From Desulfuromonadales bacterium (GTDB lineage: Bacteria > Desulfobacterota > Desulfuromonadia > Desulfuromonadales > SZUA-540): a stretch of DNA of 64,000 nucleotides. How positions within the stretch are numbered: position 1 is the first letter of the stretch; each line of letters begins with the position of its first letter. This document shows, in pieces, positions 51,157-59,440 of the stretch. The notes below the pieces were generated by a model that searched no databases, was not told the DNA's origin, and saw only the letters and a program-made list of their open reading frames with translations. The DNA lies in NCBI GenBank assembly GCA_033549025.1, contig JAWSUS010000002.1, positions 192,001-256,000 on the forward strand. Direction: 5' to 3'. The translations under genes were made by a program, and so were the position numbers.

Positions 51157-52478
51157 CCGCCCTCCAGATCGAATTCTTTCAGGAGCGCGGCGCCGATGTC
51201 GAGGGTCTCGGCGATGGTCCGGCGCGCCTCCCCCTGATGAACCAGCCGGCCCTCGAAGGCCTCGGCAAAGGTGAGTACTTGGATATCCGCGCGGCTCATT
51301 CCTTCCCGGCCGACGATGGCCTCAAGCTGCTGGAGCTCCCGCCCCCGTGCATAATGCCGATACAGCGCGTTGGCAAGATCCCGATGATCTTCCCTGGTTC
51401 GCCCCGCGCCAATTCCGCGCTGCATCAGCCGCGAGAGACTCGGCAGCACATCGATGGGTGGGAAAATCCCCCGCTGGTGCAGCTCTCGGGACAGCACCAC
51501 CTGCCCTTCGGTGATATACCCGGTCAAATCGGGGATGGGATGGGTAATGTCATCCTCGGGCATGGTCGCCACCGGCAGCATGGTCACCGAACCGGCCACC
51601 CCCTTCAGACGCCCCGCCCGCTCGTAGAGGGACGCCAGGTCGGAGTAAAGATAGCCCGGGTAGCCGCGCCGGCCGGGAAGCTCTTCCCGTGAGGTGGAAA
51701 TCTCCCTGAGGGCGTCGCAATAATTCACCATGTCCGTCACCAGCACCAGCACATCCATGGCTTTTTCGAAGGCCAGGTACTCGGCCAGGGTCAGGGCGAG
51801 CCGAGGCGCCAGCAGGCGTTCGACCACCGGCTCGTCGGCCAGGTTCACGAAGGCGACGAAGCCGCCCCGCATCGTCTGCAGGACCTCCATGTAGAGGCTG
51901 TACTCGCGATAGGTCAGGCCCAGGGCGGCAAATACGACCACGAAAGGGCCGCCGCCCCCCAGGCGGGCCTGACTCAGAATCCCGGCGGCTATTTCCCGGG
52001 CCGGCAGGCCGGCACAGGAAAAAACCGGCAGTTTCTGTCCGCGGACCAGGGTGTTGAGCCCGTCAATGGCCGAATACCCCGTTTCGATGAACTCTTCCGG
52101 TCGTGCCCGGGCCACGGGGTTGATCGGATAGCCGGTGATCGGCAGCCATTTCTCCGGCACGATGGTACGGCGGCCGTCCACCGGCTGGAACGAACCGTTG
52201 AACACCCGCCCCAGACAGGCCGTGGATACGGGCGCCTTTTTGACCGCGTCGGAGAAGATCACCGTCGAATGCCCCAGGTCCAGGCCCCGGGTCTCGCCGA
52301 AGACCTGCAGCAGGACGGTCTGGCCCTCGATCCTGAGTACTTCGCCCTCCTGTCGCTCCCCCTGGGGGCCGAGAATGGTCACCGTCTCGCCGAGACGTGC
52401 CTCGATGACCCCTTCCACGATCAACAGCGGACTGCGAATGGCGCCGATACTCTGATAGCGGTGCTCGCAAAGTCGCAT
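51153..52478 (-). CDS. atpB: V/A-type ATPase subunit B
   Basis: AIDGLNTLVRGQKLP.FS; PGRRGYPGYLYSDLASLYERAG; DDITHPIPDLTGYITEGQ. Confidence 0.96.
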   Translation of the reverse strand: MRLCEHRYQSIGAIRSPLLIVEGVIEARLGETVTILGPQGERQEGEVLRIEGQTVLLQVFGETRGLDLGHSTVIFSDAVKKAPVSTACLGRVFNGSFQPVDGRRTIVPEKWLPITGYPINPVARARPEEFIETGYSAIDGLNTLVRGQKLPVFSCAGLPAREIAAGILSQARLGGGGPFVVVFAALGLTYREYSLYMEVLQTMRGGFVAFVNLADEPVVERLLAPRLALTLAEYLAFEKAMDVLVLVTDMVNYCDALREISTSREELPGRRGYPGYLYSDLASLYERAGRLKGVAGSVTMLPVATMPEDDITHPIPDLTGYITEGQVVLSRELHQRGIFPPIDVLPSLSRLMQRGIGAGRTREDHRDLANALYRHYARGRELQQLEAIVGREGMSRADIQVLTFAEAFEGRLVHQGEARRTIAETLDIGAALLKEFDLEGG

Positions 52479-52481
52479 CGT

Positions 52482-54110
52482 TCACTCCCTGTCCAGTTCC
52501 GCCAGGGCCTCATCGAGCAGGCCGTCGTCCTCAAGTCGCTGCCTGGCCCGGTCGTAGGCCTCCACAATAGCGGAAACTTTCTGCAAGGTCTGCTCCGGCG
52601 TACTGAAGGCCTCGGCCGTGTAGGCATTCTGGCAGAGGAAGTCCCGCCGGAGGCGTTCGGCAACGCGGATGAGCAGACGGTCGGCATCCTGGAGCCCCTC
52701 CAGGCCGACGATCTCGGCCACCTCGCGAACCCCCTGTTCCCGCAGCAGCAGATCGCGGCAGCGGCGCACCAGCTCCGGCCAGCGCGGCGACACCGTCTCG
52801 GCAAAATGCTCCATCAGTCCCGAGGCATAGAGGGAATAGCTCTGCCCCCAGTGAACAGCGGGGAAATGCCGGCTGTGAGCCAGGGCGGTATCGAGCATAT
52901 AGAAGGCGCCCGCCGCCCGCAGGCAGGCCTGGGTGACCGGTTCGGTAAAGTCGCCCCCCGGCGGCGATACCGCCAGCACCATGCTCAGAGAACCCAGGGC
53001 CCCGGAAGCCGTTTCCACCAGCCCGGCCCTTTCAAAAAACCCGGCCAGCCGCGAATTCAGATAGGTCGGATACCCTTCCTCGCCCGGCATCTCCTCAAGG
53101 GAGGAGGAGATTTCCCGCAGCGCCTCCGCCCAGCGCGACACGCTGTCGGCCAGCAACAGCACATGCAGCCCCATGTCCCGGTAATATTCGGCCACGGTCA
53201 CGGCCGTGTAGAGGGAGGCCTCCCGGGCGGCCACCGGCATATTGGAGGTGTTGGCGACAATCAGGGTGCGATCCATCAAGGCGCCCCCGGTCCAGGGATC
53301 TTTCAGGGCGACAATCTCGTCCAGAAGCTCCGCCATCTCGTTCCCCCGCTCCCCGCAGCCGACATAAATGACGACATCGACATCGGCATATTTGGCCAGG
53401 GATTGCTCCAGCACGGTCTTCCCCGTGCCGAACCCGCCGGGAAAGATCGCCGTCCCCCCCCGCACCAGGGGGAACAGAAAGTCGAGACAGCGCTGACCGG
53501 TCATCAGGGGTTGCCCGGGGGCGAGCTTGCGTCCGTAGGGGCGCGGCTTGCGGGCCGGCCATTCCTGCCAGCCGCGCAGCACCGTGCCGTCCTCCAGTTG
53601 CCCGAGGGGCTCCTGCAGGGGCCATTCGCCACGGCGCAACGAAGCGATTCGGCCGGCCGCCGGGGCAAAGAGGAGGTGGCGGAAGGGCCCTTCCGCCACG
53701 GCGGCGAAAGGCTCTCCCGCTGTCACCGTCTCGCCGATCTTCTTGAGAGGCTCACATGGCCAGAGACGATCACAATCGAGAGGAAAGGGGTCATGGCCGC
53801 TGTGGATAAAGGGGCCCGTGGCCTCCCGCAGGGCTTCGAGGGGTCTCTGCAGGCCATCGAAAAGCTTCCCCAGCAGACCCGGTCCAAGCTTGACCGTCAA
53901 GGGGAGTCCCAGCCCCTCGACCGGCTCACCGACGGCCAGTCCCAGCGTGTTTTCATAAACTTGAACCACCGCCTTCTGCCGCTCGAGCAGCACCACCTCG
54001 CCGCAGAGGCGGTTCCGCCCCACCACCACCCGGTCGTAGAGGCGCAGCCCCTCGCAGTCGACGCTGACTGTGGGGCCGGATATGCCGATAATCCGTCCTG
54101 CCCTCTTCAT
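52482..54110 (-). CDS. atpA: V/A-type ATPase catalytic subunit A
   Basis: Walker A GGFGTGKT; GCGERGNE; NTSNMPVAAREAS; EMPGEEGYP; SPPGGDF.EPVTQ. Start ATG 54110 overlaps the subunit F stop. Confidence 0.96.
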   Translation of the reverse strand: MKRAGRIIGISGPTVSVDCEGLRLYDRVVVGRNRLCGEVVLLERQKAVVQVYENTLGLAVGEPVEGLGLPLTVKLGPGLLGKLFDGLQRPLEALREATGPFIHSGHDPFPLDCDRLWPCEPLKKIGETVTAGEPFAAVAEGPFRHLLFAPAAGRIASLRRGEWPLQEPLGQLEDGTVLRGWQEWPARKPRPYGRKLAPGQPLMTGQRCLDFLFPLVRGGTAIFPGGFGTGKTVLEQSLAKYADVDVVIYVGCGERGNEMAELLDEIVALKDPWTGGALMDRTLIVANTSNMPVAAREASLYTAVTVAEYYRDMGLHVLLLADSVSRWAEALREISSSLEEMPGEEGYPTYLNSRLAGFFERAGLVETASGALGSLSMVLAVSPPGGDFTEPVTQACLRAAGAFYMLDTALAHSRHFPAVHWGQSYSLYASGLMEHFAETVSPRWPELVRRCRDLLLREQGVREVAEIVGLEGLQDADRLLIRVAERLRRDFLCQNAYTAEAFSTPEQTLQKVSAIVEAYDRARQRLEDDGLLDEALAELDRE

Positions 54111-54421
54111 GGCGTGACCCTCACCTGGTAACCGAGCACCCGGGCCAGAAGCCGCTGCAGATAGTTCTCCGCCTCGGCCTGCTGCGGCGCCGGCAAAATG
54201 AGCAGCACCCCGAACCAACGGCTCTCCAGCTCCCGCAGCCGTTCCGGTTCGATCTCGCTGAGAAGGCGCTCGTCGATCATCACCACCCCGGCATCCGGCT
54301 CGGAAAGCGCCTCGCGCAGCAACTCCTCCGCCTCTGTCGGCGCCGCCAGCCGCTGCTCCACCCCGGCCAGGGCAAAGCCGTAACGCGCATCCTGCGGGGT
54401 AAGAACCACCACCTTTTTCAC
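54107..54421 (-). CDS. atpF: V/A-type ATPase subunit F
   Basis: KVVVL....GFALAGV; GVVMIDE; L...LG; GTG start overlaps the subunit C stop. Confidence 0.88.
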   Translation of the reverse strand: MKKVVVLTPQDARYGFALAGVEQRLAAPTEAEELLREALSEPDAGVVMIDERLLSEIEPERLRELESRWFGVLLILPAPQQAEAENYLQRLLARVLGYQVRVTP

Positions 54422-55311
54422 GCCACCATCTCCTCTCGGCCGGCCTCTCCGGCACTCGCCAGAAGGCTCAAATTGCGGGCCCGCAGGCGGCAGCGCTCCA
54501 GATAATCCAGCACCACCCCGGCCTGCAGCGGATCCCTTCCCCAGCGCCGCAGCCGCCTCAGCAGACCCCGCTCCAGCACAACCGACAGGGTCCTCCAGTC
54601 CTCCGGCGCCGCCTCCCCCGCCCAAGCGGCCGCGCAACGCAGCGTCATGGTGAGATCCTTTTGTCGCCACAGGGCCTCCAGCTCCGTCCTGACCAGCTCG
54701 CCGCCGGGGAGCAATACCGGGGCCTCGAGCCCCCAGCGCTGATGCTTGGCGAGGCGAAGCAGGTTCCGGCGATCCATAAGGGCCTTGAAATAATCACCGA
54801 CGACCCCCCGCAGCCGCCCACGACAGGGAGCGACCAGAAAGCGGTCCATCAACTCCTCTTCGAAGCGCCGCCCCCCTTCCCGGCGATAGATCGCCTCCAG
54901 CCCCCCGAGGGCCGGCGACTCCTCAGAAAGAGCGGCGGTCACCGCGGTGGCGGCCTCCACACCGTCGCGGCACTCGGACACGGTCCTTTGCCATCGCCCT
55001 GAGACCAGGCTGTCGGGAAACAGCGCCTCTTGTGTTAGCCCTTCTCCCTGACGAATAAAGCGAATCGCCCGGACCAGGCCGGGAAGTTCCCAGTAGGTCA
55101 GCAGCGGGGTAAAATCCTGCCGCCAGCGCGCATCCATCTGCCGGAAGACCCAGGCACATTCCCGGCGAAAGGCTCTCCAGGGTGCCTCCGCCGAGGCCGG
55201 TTCCACCGGGGTTCGCCGGTCGCCCAAAAGCTCCCGACGGCGGGCGCGAAGCCGCGACAGCAGATAGTCCCGCGGATAACCCCCGCCTTCAGGGCTCTGC
55301 AGTAGAGGCAT
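54418..55311 (-). CDS. atpC: V/A-type ATPase subunit C (d-like), divergent
   Basis: Position between E and F; Y...RLRARR..LL; D..NL; ..NL near the C-terminus. Confidence 0.72.
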   Translation of the reverse strand: MPLLQSPEGGGYPRDYLLSRLRARRRELLGDRRTPVEPASAEAPWRAFRRECAWVFRQMDARWRQDFTPLLTYWELPGLVRAIRFIRQGEGLTQEALFPDSLVSGRWQRTVSECRDGVEAATAVTAALSEESPALGGLEAIYRREGGRRFEEELMDRFLVAPCRGRLRGVVGDYFKALMDRRNLLRLAKHQRWGLEAPVLLPGGELVRTELEALWRQKDLTMTLRCAAAWAGEAAPEDWRTLSVVLERGLLRRLRRWGRDPLQAGVVLDYLERCRLRARNLSLLASAGEAGREEMVA

Positions 55312-55876
55312 CGCCTTCCACCTCCTTGATGATCGCGGCCGTCAAGACCGGTAGAAGATCCGGCCAGGCTCTGGCCAGCCGGACGGACAGGGTGTTGGCC
55401 ACCTGAAACTGCCCGCCTGCCGCCCAGGCTTCCAGGCCGCCGGCCATGGCTTCGTCGACGGCGATGGCCGCCTGCGGGAACAGCCGCTGCGCCCCTTCCC
55501 GCTCCGCCGGCGCGACCCGCACCCGTTCCCAGGCGATGGGGGGAAGCTCCGCGGCCAGCCGTTCCAGAAGCGCCCCTTCGCTCTGGGCCAGTTCCGGCAG
55601 AAGCTCCCTCGCCAGCACCAGGAGCCGGTCGGCCAAATCCGCCAGTGCCTCCTCCCGCAGGCGTCCCGCCTCCTGCCGAGCCTGGGCCAGGATGTCTTCC
55701 CGTCGGGCCGCATGGCGAGAGGCCAGGGTTCGCGCCTGCTCTTGCCGCAAGGACTCCTCCTGACCTCGCGCCTCGTCGCGCCGCCGGTCGGCCTCCCGGC
55801 GGGCCTCCTCCCAGAGAGCCTCTTCCCGCCGCCTCGCCTCAGCCCGCAGGCTGCTCATCAGCTCTTCATGGCCCAT
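55289..55876 (-). CDS. atpE: V/A-type ATPase subunit E
   Basis: N-terminal E/R-rich coiled coil; AGG......V.NTL..RL; operon position. Confidence 0.82.
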   Translation of the reverse strand: MGHEELMSSLRAEARRREEALWEEARREADRRRDEARGQEESLRQEQARTLASRHAARREDILAQARQEAGRLREEALADLADRLLVLARELLPELAQSEGALLERLAAELPPIAWERVRVAPAEREGAQRLFPQAAIAVDEAMAGGLEAWAAGGQFQVANTLSVRLARAWPDLLPVLTAAIIKEVEGDASTAEP

Positions 55877-55879
55877 GGG

Positions 55880-56095
55880 CTAGATCATCATGATGATCAT
55901 GGCCGCCACCACGAAGCCGAGGATGACCATGGTCTCGGGAATGGCCACCAGGATGATGACCGTGGCGGTCAATTCCGGCTTCTCCGCCAACGAGCCGGCT
56001 CCGGCGGCGCCAATGCGCGACTGGGCCCAGGCCGTGGCCAGAGCCGGCAGCCCGATAGCGAGCGCGGCGGCAAATGCGAGCCAAACCTTTTCCAT
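55880..56095 (-). CDS. atpK: V/A-type ATPase proteolipid c/K subunit (single hairpin, 71 aa)
   Basis: AWAQSRIGAAG.G.LAEKP; AIPETMVILGF containing the conserved Glu. Confidence 0.94.
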   Translation of the reverse strand: MEKVWLAFAAALAIGLPALATAWAQSRIGAAGAGSLAEKPELTATVIILVAIPETMVILGFVVAAMIIMMI

Positions 56096-56110
56096 AACCT
56101 TCTCCCTTCC

Positions 56111-58000
56111 TTAAGGCTCCCGCTTCTTTCGCAGAGGGGCAAAGGGGCGCCCCCCACCCTCGATAAACTTGCTGAAAAATTCGACATAATGCAGGCGCAG
56201 ACCATGGATGGTCGGCGCGAACACCCCCAGCAGCAGGTTGAAGGCGTGCAGCAGCACAGCCACCAGCGTACCGACCAGGATGTCGCCGCTCATGCCGCCC
56301 AGGCGGTTGGCCACATGGGCCAGCAGCACACTGGATAAGCCGATGGCCATGATGCGCACGTAGGAGATGATGTTGCCGATGCTCTTCAACAGCTCCAGGG
56401 GCGCCAGCAGCCCCCCCGCCAGAAAGAGCAGGGGGATGAGCACGGCCACCGTCACCAGCAGCGGGCGCAGTTCGAGTTCCGTCGAAGTCAACAGCATGGC
56501 GGCCGCCAGCCCCGCCACGCCGACCATGACCCCCGCTGTGAGCAGCTTGAAAAGCGCCTGCCGGGAATGTCGCTGGCGAAAGGCACCCACCGCCCCGAAC
56601 AGCAGGCCCAGGACCACATGCACCAGACCCACGGACAGGGCAAACCAGATGGTCGGCACGATGGCCCTGGCGCGATCGAAGAGAAGGGGCTCCAGGCCCA
56701 GAACCTGCCCGCCCAGCTCGCCCAAGAATTCGCCGTAGAGAAAGCCGAAAAGGATGGTGTAAGCCGCACAGACCCCCAGGATGCGCGCCCCGTCCCGCAC
56801 CAGCGGCCGGTTTTTGACCCGCCACAGCAGCACCAGGGCCAGGAGCAGCAGGACAAGGCCATAGACGACATCCCCCAGGATCATGCCGAAGATCAGCGGG
56901 AAAAAGATGGCCATAAAGGGGGTGGGATCAAAGGAGGCGTAGGCGGGCAGCGGCAAAAGTCGGGAGAAAATCTCGAAGGGAGCAAAATACCGGGGATTTC
57001 GCAACAGGACGGGCACCCGCTCCAGGTCCTCGGCCAGCAAAGCCAGCTCTTCCAGGACCACCTCCCCCTCGAATTCTGCCTGAAGGCGGGCCCGCAGGCT
57101 GTCGACCTGGCGAGCCGGCATCCAGCCGAGCAGCACAAAGCACAGATCCGTCTCATGGACCTGGCTGGTCGCCTGCAGAACGGCCAGACGTTCCTCGACG
57201 AGCTCCAGGCTGCTGGCGTAGATCGGCTTCCACTGCCGCGCGAACTGTTCCAGCGCCGCCTCATACGCATGCTGCCGGGTCGCCAGCTCCTCGAGCCGGT
57301 CGCCCAGAGAGGCTATTTTTCGGGCCAGGGGCAGGCCCGACAGCTCGGCCGGAAAGCTCAGCTCCGCCATCTTGGCCCGTTCAAGGGCCTCACGCAGACG
57401 CGGGGCCTCTTCCGCCTCCGCCACCAGCAGCGCGACCTGGGTACCGTCCTCGGCCACCGCCGTCAGCATATCGAACCTGCTGCCGACCGCCTGGCTCACC
57501 GCCTCCCGCAGAACGTCGAGCAGTTCTGGCCGTCGAACCGTTACTCCAATCAATTCGACCTTGCCGGCGGCATCGACTCCTTCCACCAAAGAGCGCAGAG
57601 CCGGCAGCAGAACGACAAAGCGCCGCAGCTCATCCCGGCTTGTCCGACACTCCTCGAGAAGATTCTGCAGACTGCGGCAACGCTCCATGTGGCGGGGGAG
57701 CAGTTGAGCCAGAAGGGGGAGGAACTTGGCGGGGTCGAAATAGGTCAGTCGAAGGGGGAGGGGGGGCAGCAGGGCAAAGAGATCGTGGACCTTGCGGCTG
57801 AAGTCCTCGTAGAAGAGCTTGGCGGACAGCTCGTTTTCATCCAGAAGCAGCGCCCGGACCCGCCTGGCGTCGTCCTCGGGGACGAGCCCGTGGATGTCGG
57901 TCTCCAGCTGGACGATACCCTCGCGCCGGATCAGCGCCAAAACGTCCAGAAGGCGTCCTTTGGGACCGGCAATTTCAACCTTGGACATCCCGATGATCAT
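56111..58000 (-). CDS. atpI: V/A-type ATPase subunit I (a)
   Basis: P.Y..FDPTP; FGMILGD..YG; GFLYGEF.G; NIISYVRIMA; H.LRLHYVEFFSKF. Confidence 0.95.
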   Translation of the reverse strand: MIIGMSKVEIAGPKGRLLDVLALIRREGIVQLETDIHGLVPEDDARRVRALLLDENELSAKLFYEDFSRKVHDLFALLPPLPLRLTYFDPAKFLPLLAQLLPRHMERCRSLQNLLEECRTSRDELRRFVVLLPALRSLVEGVDAAGKVELIGVTVRRPELLDVLREAVSQAVGSRFDMLTAVAEDGTQVALLVAEAEEAPRLREALERAKMAELSFPAELSGLPLARKIASLGDRLEELATRQHAYEAALEQFARQWKPIYASSLELVEERLAVLQATSQVHETDLCFVLLGWMPARQVDSLRARLQAEFEGEVVLEELALLAEDLERVPVLLRNPRYFAPFEIFSRLLPLPAYASFDPTPFMAIFFPLIFGMILGDVVYGLVLLLLALVLLWRVKNRPLVRDGARILGVCAAYTILFGFLYGEFLGELGGQVLGLEPLLFDRARAIVPTIWFALSVGLVHVVLGLLFGAVGAFRQRHSRQALFKLLTAGVMVGVAGLAAAMLLTSTELELRPLLVTVAVLIPLLFLAGGLLAPLELLKSIGNIISYVRIMAIGLSSVLLAHVANRLGGMSGDILVGTLVAVLLHAFNLLLGVFAPTIHGLRLHYVEFFSKFIEGGGRPFAPLRKKREP

Positions 58001-58319
58001 GCGCTTCCCCTGGCAGGATAAGGGCAAGGTGCTCGCGCAGCAACTGGTTCAGCCGGTCATCTTCCAGACTGGCCAGTCGCCGCGCAAAATCCTCCGCCTG
58101 TTCCCGCCTCTTCATGGCCGCGGCATGGGCCTCGGCCGCCGCTCTATCTTCCGCCTGCTGCGCCTCCTCCTGCAGGCGCGCTTCCAGATCGCGGGCCGCG
58201 GCGGCGAGTTCGTGCCGTACATCCGCCAGCCAGCGATCGACCTCAGCCGCCACCTCCTGGCGCCGGGCCTCCAGCTCCTTCTCCAGAGCGACAATATCCT
58301 GCAGCAAGGGGTCAGCCAC
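57975..58319 (-). CDS. V/A-type ATPase peripheral stalk subunit G/H
   Basis: Short A/E/R-rich coiled coil; first gene of the operon; GTG start with GGAGGA. Confidence 0.75.
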   Translation of the reverse strand: MADPLLQDIVALEKELEARRQEVAAEVDRWLADVRHELAAAARDLEARLQEEAQQAEDRAAAEAHAAAMKRREQAEDFARRLASLEDDRLNQLLREHLALILPGEAHDHRDVQG

Positions 58320-58461
58320 GCAATCCTCCTGGCCCGCCGGCAGTGCCTGTCGTCACGGCCATGACGGGCTTTTCAGCTGAGGTGGGCATCCGTGAGGAAA
58401 GTATACCAGACTGTCCCCCGAATTCTGCAGAAAGGTCAAAGACTTAAAGGGCAGGGCGCCA

Positions 58462-59244
58462 TCAGCGCCGCGACGTCAGCGCCATGAAGATCAGCAGATA
58501 GAGGGTCGCGGCCAGAAAGGAGGACAGGGTGCCCCAGGCCACGCCGAAAGAGGGATAGGTGAAAGATACGGACAGGGCGTAGGTGATAAGAGCGCCCAGA
58601 CCGAAGGGATAATTCTTGATGATGGTGTGAACCGGTTCTTTGCCGTAGGTGAGATGAATGATGAGCAGAAAGGGGAAAAGGGTGATGGGAAAGGCCGAGA
58701 GGATGCCGGCGGCATCGGGGCCGATGAGGCGGGCCAGGCCGGTGATCAGCAGCACGATGGAGGCGGCCGCCAACCCGCGCAGCAGCAGCACCCAGCGGGT
58801 AAAGCGCACCGCCGTGGTCACGCGCACGTTCTTCAGGCGCCGGAAGCGCCAGGCGTAAAAAGCCGTCACCGTCAGGGTGAAAAGCAGGCCCGACCCGAGG
58901 GAAAAATTGAAACGGTGCAGCAGCGCCGCCGCCAGCAGAAAGGCGGCCACGGCGGCGACCGCCGAAAAGAGCCGGGCATAACGGCTGAATGACGCCGATA
59001 CGACATAGTAGACATGCACCAGCACGAGGGAGGCACTGAGCCCCGCCACCGTATAGACGGCTCCCTGCGCCGCGAAGTCGCGGCCGTTTTCCAGCCCGAT
59101 AAAAAAGAGGGCGATGGCGGTGCCGAGGGGATAGCCGGAGAGTATCCCCGCCACCCGCGGACTGACCCGCTCGGCCACCAGAGACAGGCCGACCACGGCG
59201 AGGATGGAAACCAGGATTTTGGCAAAAATGAGCAGGGTGGTCAA
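58462..59244 (-). CDS. hypothetical multi-pass membrane protein with a two-fold internal repeat
   Basis: About 8 hydrophobic helices; repeated G...AGILS.[YF]P motif; TTG start with GGAGG. Confidence 0.75.
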   Translation of the reverse strand: MTTLLIFAKILVSILAVVGLSLVAERVSPRVAGILSGYPLGTAIALFFIGLENGRDFAAQGAVYTVAGLSASLVLVHVYYVVSASFSRYARLFSAVAAVAAFLLAAALLHRFNFSLGSGLLFTLTVTAFYAWRFRRLKNVRVTTAVRFTRWVLLLRGLAAASIVLLITGLARLIGPDAAGILSAFPITLFPFLLIIHLTYGKEPVHTIIKNYPFGLGALITYALSVSFTYPSFGVAWGTLSSFLAATLYLLIFMALTSRR

Positions 59245-59440
59245 AGTGGCCTCCGGGTGTCGGCCTGACAGGCTCGTTACAGCGAGGCTGCTTATGGCAA
59301 AGCGCCCAAGGGTCTCATGGACGCCGTGTCACTCTAGCAGATTGGCCTCTCTCTGCCTAGCCGCTGCCGCTGACGGGGGAGGCGCTTCCCTTTTCGCGCC
59401 CCTTTGCCTATAATGCCCCCTTCCCCAAAGGACATCCTCC

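Noticed and set aside
52482..54455. Extended N-termini in the ORF track (subunits A and F, cheY, DUF815, TlpA, NifX-like, lon)
   Set aside because: They overlap upstream genes or promoters; downstream starts with clear RBSs fit the family lengths better.
58330..58400. Na+-sensing riboswitch upstream of the V/A-ATPase operon
   Set aside because: Only short GC-rich hairpins; no consensus I can recognise without a covariance-model search.
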